Source: Rhizaria sp. SCN 62-66
Lineage: Eukaryota
Reading direction: 5' to 3'
DNA length: 34,471 nt
Assembly (NCBI GenBank): GCA_001724265.1
Contig: MEDY01000321.1
Coordinates: 1-34,471, forward strand
Position numbers and translations under genes: made by a program. Below, piece by piece: positions 1 through 10,986 of the stretch. The notes beneath the pieces were generated by a model that was not told the origin of the DNA, ran no database searches, and was given only the letters and a program-made list of their open reading frames with translations. Each line of letters opens with the position of its first letter. Position 1 is the stretch's first letter.

Positions 1-398
1 TTTCAATTCACTGCTGTTTTGATTCATTCCTGATTTTAATACATTTTCTGACGAAACTTTCCGAAAAAGGGGGCGGAACTTTTTGAAAGTTACCTTACCC
101 TTAAAATGCCCAAAAACGACCCTAGTTGACATTCACAGCCCTACTGACTGGATTGATCATACCACATTGATCGATACAACGAAGTCGCAATGTAATTTGC
201 TCTTTTGTAAGCTCACGGGGACAAACTGAGAGTGTATTATGCACGAATTGTAGTCGTGATATTAGTATTAGATATTAAGTGGGTGCAGAAGTCGTGTCTC
301 CACAACTCCTGCATCCCTCGGACGACATGTGCTCACGTCGCCACGAGTCAAGTCATGGAGACTTCGACCGCGGGACACAGATAGCGCGTCGTAGGGGG

Positions 399-431
399 AC
401 TTAGACGGCGCGCCTACGTACTTAGACGGCG
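399..431. repeat. 12-bp direct repeat (acttagacggcg at 399-410 and 420-431) duplicating the nuclease stop-codon context
   Basis: Exact match at a period of 21 nt, read directly from the sequence. Confidence 0.8.
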
Positions 432-2000
432 GTGTATGGCTGCGAGAGCACGGCCTGCTGCTCCTGCGCCTGCTTGGCCTTGCGGTAGCTCACTACAGCG
501 ACGACGCATAGGGCCACCGAGAGCAGCGCGAAGACAACGGCGGCCGCGCGCCAGCCCTGCGACACGCCGCCGGCCTTGTCGTCGCCGTCGTGGGCGGGGA
601 TCTCGTGGTGCTGCGAGTAGTCAAGTTTGTTGAGCGTGTTGCCGAGGCGGTAGCCTGCCAGCGCGATGCGCTCGCGCAGCACCTTGCGCCACTTGGTGAT
701 GAACTCGGCCGACAGCGCACCCGCACCAGGGAGCGGCATGTCCGCGTAGGCCTCCTTGGCCAGCTCGAAGCTCTCCCAGGCCCAGCTCTTGACAGAGGTG
801 TCGAAGGTGGTGGCGTTCGTGAAGTTGGGCTCCAGCTGCTCGGCCGTGTAGGATGACGCGGGGAAGTCCTTCATGAGCTCGTCGGTCTCCTGCGCGATCA
901 GCGCCGCGTAGTCATCCGTCAGCGGGTGCGGCATGTATGAGCACCAGAGGCCCGCCACGCAGTCGAAGAGCAGGTGCGACTGCGAGTAGCGTGAGGAAGT
1001 GGGGTTAGGCGAACAAAATGGGGGATATAAAGATATTATAGTTGAGGGGTGAGCGGAAATGAGTAAATATAGATACAGTATAACTATATACACAATCAAA
1101 CCGAGATTAAGTCGATCCACCAACGATAAGTAGCTTCAAAACTTCTATGATGTCTCGTGAACCCATGCAATTTCTGAGCGACGTACCTGGACATATTTCA
1201 TGCCGGTCTCGGACGTGTACTCGACGGCGTACTTGTTGCCGCCCATGTCGCCGAGCGGGGGCAGAAAGTTGTGCTCCTTGGAGAAGAGCGAAACGGCGTG
1301 AAGCGGCTGGTGCATGTCGCCAATGAGGTGCAGCAGCATCAGCGTCGAGAAGCCCTTGCCCCAGATGCCCGTGTTGTCGGCCTTGGAGCTCATCGTCTTG
1401 TAGATGTTGGCCAGTCCGGCGAGCAGGTTGATCGACTCGGGCTGCGGAACGCCCTCGGGCGCGTCGTCGTCGCGCAGCGTATGCGGGAAGTCGATGAAGT
1501 GGTAGTTGTCGAACATGATGGTGTCACGCTTGATGTAGTCCATGAAGGTGCACGAGTACGGCAGCGACGTGATCTCCTCAGGGAAGTACTCCACGAACGT
1601 CTTGGTCGTGTCATCGACCTGCGTCAGCACGGCGCTCTTCATCGTGCGGCGGGCGATCTGAGCGCGCAAAGGAGAAAGTAGCGAAGTGAATGAGCGATCA
1701 GTTTCAAAATCGAGGAAAGAGTGGGGTCGTTGGGTGACACAAACAAGTTTGGGTTAGCATGACGGAGTGCGGTTCAAGTGATACTAACGTGTAGTGTTGG
1801 CTTAGGGTTGTTCCATAACACCAACGAGCTGTAGAGCTACTGATTGAAATCATGGTTCTGTAGGGCATCGTTTTAAAAGCGAGGAAAGAACAGGCGTGGC
1901 GACGTACCTCACCGACTAGAATGTGGCCAGTGTCGGCCCAGCCGAAAGCGCAGAGCGGAGCGGTCAGCAGAGCAGCAATGCACGCAAGGCGAATCAGCAT
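422..2000 (-). CDS. S1/P1 (class I) nuclease / 3'-nucleotidase-like, with signal peptide and C-terminal transmembrane anchor; exons 2000-1908, 1657-1187, 979-422; 373 aa
   Basis: Signal peptide MLIRLACIAALLTAPLCAFG followed by the mature N-terminal W-x3-GH (WADTGH). Further S1/P1 motifs: YHFID, LLHLIGDMHQPLH, GDMGGN, H-x3-D (SHLLFD), WAWESFELA, ERIALAGYRLG. Hydrophobic helix AAAVVFALLSVALCVVAVVSY near the end. Two GT-AG introns join three ORF-track fragments in frame. Stop is TAA. Confidence 0.93.
980..1186 (-). other. spliceosomal intron (207 nt, phase 0)
   Basis: CAG|GTACGT ... CCTAAC ... CGCAG|TCG. AT-rich, contains an in-frame TGA. Confidence 0.85.
1658..1907 (-). other. spliceosomal intron (250 nt, phase 0)
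   Basis: GAG|GTACGT ... pyrimidine-rich tract ... CTCAG|ATC. Joins GHILVGE to IARRTM, matching the S1/P1 pattern GH-x-x-V-x-x-IA. Confidence 0.88.
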
Positions 2001-2696
2001 GTTACTCTGTTGGGTGCACAGGAGAACGATTATATTGTGAGAGTAAACGCGCGAGAAGTGAGCCAAAGTGGTCAGGAATGACGGCATGTTCGACTGAAAT
2101 AGCAGATGGTGAATACGGCACTATATTCAGCACATAACACATCTGAAAAGCAAGGGTAGACTCCCCTAGTCATATATACTCCTATGCAAAACATGAAACG
2201 ACATAATAACGACGAGAAGGAGCACAGTTTGTCCTGTAAGTGGGACCAGCGACGTCACTATGCCGACAGACTAGCAGAGAGAGCAGGGCTGTGAGACTAA
2301 AAGGATTACTATTTCGGGGTGAGGTCGCAGTTTTGTGATGCAGATGCATGGGACATGGAACGGGCCCCAAGGTCTGCACGTAAATGACCCCATGCAATTA
2401 CCGTATCTTGTTTTGGTCTTTTGGTTGGTATTGTGGCTTCACGGCCTCAGTGTTGCATATCAATCGCACCTAGAAGTCTCGTCCCAGACTGTTTGTCTCA
2501 CCATAAAGGAGAGCTGCGACCAAAGTTCTCGTTTTTCATCGCGTGATGTCGCAGAAACGAAACACTGAGTTGATATATGATATAATGATATCTATAATAT
2601 TAGAAACCCGTGTTTATATGCTTGAATGCGATGTTCTCATCTCATTACTCTTCATGCCGCGACCTCTCCTGAATCGTTGTGAAGCCCGACACGCGA

Positions 2697-4935
2697 ATGT
2701 CGTCACCGCTGCCGCCCGGCTGGTAGACGCGCAAGGACGACTGGGGCCGCGACTTCTACATTGACCACAACACCGGCACCACGCACTGGCAGCCCCCGAC
2801 CGGGTCTACGTCAGCGGCCAAGCCTGACGCGCCTCCCGCCTACGGCGAGCAGTCGCCGCCGCCGCAGCCGCCCCAGGCTGCTCCTTACCCGTCGTCGCAG
2901 TCCTACGGCCCGCCCCCGCAGTCGCCACAGCCGATGCCGCAGCCGCAGTTTGCGTCGTCCCCGGCGATGGTGGGCTACGCGCCGATGCCGGGCGCCGTGT
3001 CGAACATGGGCGTCGTGATGGGGATCCCCGTCGTCATGTCGAGCCTGCCGCCCGCGGCCACACTGCCCGCCGAGGTTATGTACGCCAACGGCGCCGCGTG
3101 CCCCGAGTTCGACGCCATGGCCTCGCACAGCACGGCCTCTGCGCAGCCGATGGTGAACCCGAACTCGGCGTTTGACGCGCTGCACTTCTGCTGCAGCTCG
3201 ATGCCCTGCTCCTTCGTCATCTCGCTCATCCTGCTCGGGCTGCTCATCGTACTCATCTACTGCGCCAGCATGTACAACTCGATCCCCAGCGGCGACTTTA
3301 TCCGCCGCGGCGACTACCTGCCCGGCATTATTATCCCCGCCATGTTCGGTTTTATGATCTACCTCGTCAACTGCATCACCAACCTGGCGCAGCTCAGCTG
3401 CTGCCCGCTCTGCATCGCGCCCTCGGCCTCGCTCAAGCGCGGCGCCTTCCACACGGCCGCGGGCGCCACGACGCCCATGGGCGGCACCTCGGGCGACGTT
3501 ACCCACGCCTCCAACGCCACCGCGGGCCACCGCGCCAGCAGTAGCTTCTGCGTCATGCCCGCCGTGTTCCGCTCGGCCTACTTCACTGAGCGCGCGAGTA
3601 TGGACGACGTCGTGGCGCACTTCGACCGCATGCGCGTCGCGCCCGTCAAGCTCTCAATCAAGGTCAAGTGCGGCCACCGCGTCCGCAGGCGCAAGCACAG
3701 CCACTACGTTGTCACATACAGGTACGCACTCACGCGCTTCGTTTTGAGCAAGCATTAATGGATATTGTTAGTACAGTATTGTTCAAGCATTATTCCGCGC
3801 TATCTTAACTGTTTGTGACATACATGGACGCAAAAAAATGTATCATGATATGCCCGTGTTAAATTTACTTCTTTCTTGTTTATTTTCGTTTTCGTTGCCT
3901 TTGCTTTGTTTTGCTTCCTACGTCTGCGCCCGGCCTCGTCATAGCGCCGACATCCCGTACACGATCACGGCCGCGCGCGACACGTCGCACTCGTCGCAGG
4001 CGCTGCGCGACGCGGCGAACCAGGTCTTTGGAAACGCCTTCCTGGCCGAGTTTGACTCGGGCTACGAGCCGACGCCGGAGAGCGCGCGCGTGATCGACGC
4101 TCTGCGCGCGCACTACGAGAGTAAGTACGCCGGCATGGACACCGACGTCAACGTGTGGACCGAGTACGCCACCGGCGTCGTGCCAGAGGTCGCCTCCGTG
4201 TTCGTGCAAAAGGTACGCATCATCTCTATTCATCTGCAGTCAAGAAACTCTCCCAGCGATCTCGATCGCAATCCCGACATCTCTCACAATTCTTCGATTC
4301 CTCGTTTGTTCTCTCTGCTGCATGCTCTATCCGCACAGGACCAGGGCCTGCCGTGCGTGCACGAGTGCGTGACGTCGCCACTGTGCGTGTGCTGCTCGAT
4401 CCTGCTGGCGTGCTTCCCCTGCTACCTCTGCTTCTGGCGCTGGTGCACTCCTTCGCTGACCGTGCGGTCTCGCAAGCACCTGGTGGTGTCGCCGCAGATC
4501 AACGCGCCCAACGTCAACATCGGCTCCGTGGGCACCACGCTGCCGGGCTTCTCCAGCTCGCTCCCGCCCGGCCAGACGGGCCAGCCCACGCACGTGCTCG
4601 TCGTGCCACAGGGCTCCGCGCTGCAGGGCTCGCCCGTGGGCCAGGGCCAGTACGTGTCCGTGTCGGCGGGGCAGTACGCCGTCGCGCAGCCGTCGCCGCA
4701 GCAGCAGTACGCGACCGCGCCCGTGCTTGTGCCGCAGCAGCACGTGTATCCGCAGCAGGGACAGCAGCAGCAGCAGCAGGGGTATGCCAGTCTGCAGACG
4801 CCGCAGCAGCATTACCACCAAATGCAGCCGCAGCAGCAGCCGCAGGTACAACAGCAGGGGCCGCCGAGCTACGTGCCGCCGCCGTCGTCGCCGCAGCAGC
4901 AGCAGCAGCAGTTCTATCCGCCGCCGCCCAAGTAA
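2697..4935 (+). CDS. WW-domain, TMEM151-like membrane protein with Pro/Gln-rich tails; exons 2697-3721, 3945-4212, 4339-4935; 629 aa if the in-frame TAG at 2724-2726 is read as sense
   Basis: ATG at 2697 gives [33 protein letters not shown], a complete WW signature in frame with ORF 2934-3758. Two TM helices (FVISLILLGLLIVLIYC, IIIPAMFGFMIYLVNC). The segment FDRMRVAPVKLSIKVKCGHRVRRRK...ARDTS recalls the TMEM151 family (from memory). Cys-rich hydrophobic segment and a Gln/Pro-rich C-terminus. Stop is TAA. Confidence 0.82.
3722..3944 (+). other. spliceosomal intron (223 nt, phase 2)
   Basis: AG|GTACGC ... T-rich ... CATAG|C. Restores the frame between ORFs 2934-3758 and 3838-4935. Confidence 0.85.
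4213..4338 (+). other. spliceosomal intron (126 nt, phase 0, no in-frame stop)
   Basis: AAG|GTACGC ... C/T-rich ... CACAG|GAC. Abrupt drop in GC and codon bias relative to the flanks. Confidence 0.8.
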
Positions 4936-6126
4936 GCGGCTCTCGCCCATCGGCCAATGAGAGTTATATCCCTAGTAACCGGTAAGCTTATTCTTTAACA
5001 ACGCCGACCTCATCACAAACACTGTAACCATTGGTTACAGAGCTTGGGGCCCGCCAGTCGCCAGAACTAATATATTCTTTTTAATGTCATCTAGGACAGT
5101 CCTATCTTAATATTAGTTTTGTCTTTTGAAAATAAACAGCAGCTGTACTTGCTTTACGCTTCGAAATGATTTTACACGAAGGGTACTTTTCGTAATGGTT
5201 AGGCAGCCAGGGTAACTGCTGCCATAATAAAGATACCCTGAGAGCTAAACTGGAACAAGTGTATTGGTATGGTCACATCTCGTCTTCTGAGACAGCCAGA
5301 CTATTTTATTGGTCCAGCTGCACTTAGTCCAAGAAATGGCTCGATTTGGTCGACATCACGGACAAACTTTGAAGAGTGTGATGAGCATCATGAAAATCAG
5401 CAACAAGAACAGAAGCGAGAGCGAAAACAAAAGCAAGAACAGCAGTCAGAAGGGGAGTAGGAGCAAGAGAAGCCGCAGGAGCACGAGTAAACGATGAAGA
5501 CTGCATGACCAAAGCGAAGGTGACTCCGCAAATAGCACAGAACGTGTGTCATCATCCACTATCTACGTTCCTATTAATATTAATTTCCAAGCTATGTATC
5601 TACCACATATATGTGTTCCTCCTTTCATATTCATTCGTGTTTTGTGCCGCTAAATTTGTTTGAAAAGTTACTCTATTGTAAAAATACTGGTTCATCTCTC
5701 TAATAGAACAATGTCGGATACTAAGAATACGTACACAGACTAGAAATATTCATCTTCCCGAACTTAAAACAAACAATTGATGACCATTTGAAATATTTAT
5801 ACGTAGTAAGTAAGTGTTGTGAGGGAAACGCGATGGTTCTCACGACTCATGCTCATGTGAACATCGCGGCACAACAACATTTGGCCTTGACACAGATCGA
5901 AATGAAATTTACTTCGGACACACAGCAGTGCCAAAAGACAATAGTATCGACGAGAACTGATTATCTTACTGAGGCCTGCTTGTCTCACCGCATGATCCTT
6001 CTCCAAGCGCCACGACACAAAAACGTGAAACAATTCGGTGTTGCTCAAATATGTGTGTGATCCATACAACGACACCGATCGGGGGGCATCACGACACCAA
6101 CATCCAATGCAGTCGCGTCAGTGCTT

Positions 6127-9100
6127 TCACACGCCGACAAAGGCCGCGGCCACAGCAACGGCGGCGGCGAGCGCGAGTGCGGCGGTGGTCGCGTGCGCAG
6201 GCGCTGCGTTGTCGCGCGAGGAGACGCAGAGGCGGTGCGTGCAGTAGCCGGAGCCGCAGTCCGAGTCGGAGAAGCACATGTCGCCGACGGCGCATGCAAA
6301 ACAGGTGTTGCCGCAGTCAACGTCGGCCTCGTTCGAGTCGCGCTCGCCGTTGAAGCAGAGCTCGTCGTAGTCGCGGTAACCGCTGTAGGTGGTGGTGGTG
6401 GTACTCTTGACGATGCCGGAGATCTCGCTCTCGAGCACCGAGAGGCGCGTCTCGAGCGCGACCGACAGCGCGTCGCGCGAGGTGGCGCCTGTGCCCAGCA
6501 GCGCGACCGAGAGGACGACGCGGCCCGTCTTAGCGGAGAACTGGTGCGACGACAGGTGCGTCGTGAAGGTCACGCCTGTGAGCCGCAGCGGGTACAGACT
6601 TAGGATGGTCTTGACCTGGCCCTCGAGCAGCGCCGCGGTGGCCGCGAAGGTCGTCTCGTGCGTAATATAAAGCGTCAACCGCGGGCCCGTGATACCGGCG
6701 TATGCGCCCTGTGATGTCTCGATGAGCGTGTAGCCCGAGGCTGCATAGACGGCGATGCGGCGCGCCGAGTCAGCGGCCTGGCGGGCCGGGTAGATGACGT
6801 TGTCGCAGTAGAGCACGTAACTGTCAGCATCGCTGTCTGTGCGCACGGCTGTGGTGACGGGGACCGTGATGACGGACCCGGTGACGACGCTGCCGACCGT
6901 CACCAGCTCGTGCGTGGCCACAGCGATCATGACGGGCAGCGCCGAGCTGGCGTCCGGGTCGGCGTCAGGGTCGGACGTGACGTCCGCGGTGACATTGCCC
7001 AGCTCGTTAAAGAAGAGACGGCACTTGGTCGACAGCAGGTCCGTAGCGACGGTGAGGAACTCGCCAGGCAGCGAGAAGACAAAGCGCGAGCCCAGCGGGA
7101 GCGTGAGCTGCGAGTTGAGTCCGTCGAGCAGCACGGTCACGTTGGCCAGCCCGTCGGGGCCGCCGGGCGTGACGACCGTCTGCAGCGTGAGTTCGGAACT
7201 CGTTATCGCGGGCACGGGCTGCGACAGCACGAGGTTGTCCGCGTTGGCGGCGACCAGGCCCGGCGCAATGGCGCTCGCGCGGTAGGCGCGGACCGTCAGC
7301 GTGGGGGACTCGATCAGCAGCGAGTCGGACAGAGTGAAGTAGCCGTCGCGACGGCAGACCAGCTCGAGCGTGTCGAAGCGGTTCAGCGCAAAGGTGAGCA
7401 CGAACGAGAAGTATGAGATCTCAACAGAGCCGTCGGACAGTGCGTCAAGAATATAAGGGCGCTCCAGAGCAACGGTCTGGTTGTTGGCCTGTCGGAGAAA
7501 TAAAAATAAAGATAGAAGTAGAAAGCAAAGATGATGTGAGTGAGAAAGTAGCTTAACCACAACAGCGAAAAAAATTGTCAAAAATAAAGCACACATGTCG
7601 AACAAGAGATGTGCTTGTTCCCATCGCGATTGTACTCATTGAGTCACGTACCTTACAGTCGATGCTGATGGCTTCCGCGGCGGTGGCGTCGGCGGCCACG
7701 ACCATACGCGGCGGCAGCTCGATCAGCATCGAGTCTCCGGCAAGCAGGTCCGTGTTGGGGCCCTCGACCAGGAGGCGCAGCGCGGCCTTGGTGGTGCCGT
7801 AGGTGAAGGCGTCGGTCAGCGGCACGGATGGGTCGCGGATGAGCGCGAGCGTGACACCGACCTCATCGGTGGCGCGCGGAAACGGCACCGCGGGCGTGGC
7901 CGTGGTGAAGCCCATCGGCGCGGCCGCCACGGGGCTCGTGTTGGAGCCGTAGTAGGTGGAGACTGTGAGCCCCGAGCGCGAGTTGACGTGCGTGAAGCCG
8001 AGGTCGCCGAACCCCACGACAGGCTCCTGCGACAGCGTGATGTCGCACGCGAGCGTGATGTTGGCCGTGATTGAGTAGGAAATGACGCCGACGGGCTCGA
8101 CGCGCACTGTCTGGGTCGCCGACGCCGGGTTCGTCGTCACCGTCACGGCCTCAGCGTCAGCCATGACGTCGTTGTACCAGAAGGTGCAGCGGCCGCCGTT
8201 GGGGGGCACGCGCGCCTGCGCGGGCAGGTCGAAAATAAGGTACTCGGATGTCTGCGACAGCGAGGCCTGGTACGGCGCGAAGGAGATCTGCAGCGACGCC
8301 TCGGAGCCCGTGTACGGAAGATCGTAGAGGAACTGGCGGGAGAGGCCGCCGTAGTCGCTGGTGGTGATCATCGAGTACGAACCGAAGGCGGCCTGCGAGT
8401 CGGCTGACACGCGCACAAGCGTGTCAAACGACACGGCCGCGGCGGCCGCCAGTGAGGACGGCGCGCGGAAGGGCGAGATGGTGACGATGCGCGCAGTGAG
8501 TGCGTCATCGGGCAGGACGAGCGTGCACTGGAACGTGTAGGCCGTGTTGAAGGCGTAGGACGACTCGTGCTGCAGCTGCACGAAAAAGGACGAATGCGTC
8601 AGCACGAGCGTGGCGAGCGTGGTGACACCGTAGGTGCAGACGAGCCCCTTGGAGAGCAGCGAGAGGTCAAACTGCGTCGGCAGCTGCACGCGCAACGCGA
8701 CCGTGCTGTCGATGTAGACGTTGGCCGAGGACAGCGAGAAGTCGACCTTGGTGCTGAACGAGCTCAGCCCCGTGGAGGCGAGCACGGTGTTGAGCGCGAC
8801 GGTGCCCGTCTGCACCTCCGGGGCCGCGATCTGCGTGCGCCACACGGCGTTGCCGTCGCTGTTGTAGACCGTGAAGGCGACCAGGTCCGACGGCGAGTAG
8901 GCGATGGTGCGCGAGCGCAGGCCGGTGCACGACAGGCGCAGGATCGGGGGCAGCGTGGTGAGCTTGATCGAATACCGCGCGACCGAAACCTGCCCCGTGC
9001 CGTCCTGCTTCGACACCGGCTGCGCCTCGGCGGTCGTCGTGGGCACTGGTGCGTCCGTCTCGGTGGCCGTGCTGCGGGCGTAGAGCGCGCACTGCAGCGT

Positions 9101-10986
9101 CGCGTACTGCTCCGACACGGGCAGCGAGAAGGCCAGCACGTTGCCGACGACGTTGGCGATGTTGGCCGGCAGCGCGGCGGCGATCTGCAGCGTCGTGAGG
9201 TCTGAGCCCGCGGCCGGGTTGGGCGGCGTCAAGGTCACCGTGCGCGGCGCAGACGCGTCACCGGTGCCGAAGGACGACGACAGCGCGGGCATGGCCACGG
9301 ACGCGCGCGCGACGGCAACCCACGCGGCGGCGGCGTCGGGCGACGTGTTGTTGTTGTACACAGTGAGCACTGCGGTGAGGTCCGTGGGAAGGTAGGCCGG
9401 CATGACAAGGTTGGTGCACACGAGCTGCAGCGGCGTGGCCGCGGTCCACCCCGTCGTCGGCAGGTCGAACTGCCAGGCGTTGGTCTCGAGCGCTGACGCC
9501 GTGGTCGCAATGCCGACCTGCGCGGACGACGCCAGCGCAACCGTGCACGCGGGCGTGGCGCCCAGCGCGAACGCGGTCGGCAGCCGCAGGACCACGCGCG
9601 CGGTGGCCGTGGCCGACGTTGTGGGCGGTGCCACGCCGAGCGGGGTCACCGTGAGCGACATGGTGCTCGACGCTGTGACGGGCACAAGCGTGTTGCTAAG
9701 CGAGATGGCGAGCGTGTCCGCGCCGAGCGTGGGCGGCGCCGCGATGGCGAAGCGCACGGCGTCGATGACGGCGAAAGCGCGCGCGCCGCCGTCGCCGAGG
9801 TAGAGCCCCAGCTCGAAGGTGCGGCGCGGCAGCGAGGTCGCGATGGCAGGTGGCGTGACGCCGGGGCAGGTGATAACGAGCCGCGCCGAGGCCAACACAT
9901 GCGTATCAAAATCGAGCCTGACCGTGGGCATGGTCGAGCTGGACGAGACGAGGCGAGCGGTGCCCGTGACAGTGAGCGCGCTCGTGGCGAGGTTGCGCGT
10001 CGCGACGGTGCACGGCGTGTCCGTCGTTGAAGGGAAGGTCCAGGCGGCGGCGTCGTCCATGACGAAGTACGCGTTCGAGGCTTCGCCGAGCGGGAAGAGC
10101 GAGGCCGTGCCGGCGGTGTTAAGGACGGAGAACTCAAGCACGAGCGAACCCGGGACGCCGGCAACGCCCGCGTTGTGCGACATCTGCGGCACCGACGCGA
10201 TGACCTGCATCACGGGCGGGAAGATGAGCGCGCCCAGCGTTGTGGTGATGGCCGCCGTGTCGCGCAGCACGCGCGGCGAGATGTACATGGCCGCGATGGG
10301 CGAGAGCGGGTACGGCGCCGAGCATTGCAGTGACAGCGTCGCCGACAGCGTCGTCACGTCCGTCAGCGGGAGCGCCCAGCCGCCCGTCTCCGCCGTCACG
10401 GTGAGCGTAATGCGGTACTCGGTGCCCGTGGTCGAGGTCTGCACCGTGGGGATGGCCGCGCCATTCCACAGCAGCGCACACGCCGTAGTCGAGTCGGACA
10501 GCGCGGACGGCAGCAGAAAGTCGATCTCGTCGTTGGTGCGGAACGCAACGCCGCGGTTCGAGGCGGGGAAAGCCCAGGTCACGGTAACACGCGTGGTGCC
10601 CGAGGGTGCGGTGGCGTAGAGGTTGACCGGGGAAGTTGTGCGGACGACTTTGCTCATGTGCATGGGGCCGAAGTCGGGCAGCGCGGAAACGAGCGCGAAC
10701 GACGACAGCGACAGCAGCACGGCCGACATGAGGGCCACAACCGCCGCCATCTGCGCAGAAGCGGCACGCGCAGGAAGGGGGAAAGATGGTATGAGGTCAT
10801 GTCATGGTTAGAGTGTGAACAATAAGCGATACAGTTGTCAGGGCGGTGGATAGAGAGAGCGAAATGGGAGCACTTCAAATACGGTTGCGAGGAAAATACA
10901 ATGTGTACAAATGGCGGTATACGGCGGGGATATGACGTGATACGTACGGAAGCGGAGGACCGCAAGAAACTTGCGCTCCCTCGCAT
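6127..10986 (-). CDS. large secreted, probably GPI-anchored surface protein with ~8 degenerate two-Cys beta-rich repeats and a C-terminal Cys-rich module; exons 10986-10948 (tentative), 10750-7652, 7488-6127; ~1499 aa
   Basis: Signal peptide MAAVVALMSAVLLSLSSFALVSA. Thr/Ser/Val/Ala-rich repeats. Cys module CFNGERDSNEADVDCGNTCFACAVGDMCFSDSDCGSGYCTHRLC. Ends in small residues then a hydrophobic tail (DNAA...AALALAAAVAVAAAFVGV) with no cytosolic segment. Stop is TGA. The start could alternatively be the ATG at 10750. Confidence 0.85.
7489..7651 (-). other. spliceosomal intron (163 nt, phase 0)
   Basis: AAG|GTACGT ... long T/C tract ... GACAG|GCC. Joins ORFs 7553-10750 and 6127-7605. Confidence 0.88.
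10751..10947 (-). other. spliceosomal intron (197 nt) immediately before ATG 10750
   Basis: TCC|GTACGT ... TCTAAC ... CGCAG|ATG. An upstream ATG at 10986 gives 13 in-frame codons (MRGSASFLRSSAS). Confidence 0.65.

Noticed and set aside
90-125. taccttacccttaa and aaaacgaccctag as telomere-like repeats
   Set aside because: Only one or two imperfect units and no tandem array.
2724-2726. Pyrrolysine or A-to-I editing (UAG to UGG, Trp) as the explanation for the TAG
   Set aside because: Pyrrolysine is not known in eukaryotes and no pyl genes are present here. Trp fits neither the WW position nor the Ser-rich EXO1 context well.
4932-4937. GTAAGC overlapping the stop of the WW gene as a possible splice donor extending the protein
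   Set aside because: It does not match the GTWCGY donor used by all other introns, and no GC-rich downstream exon is evident.
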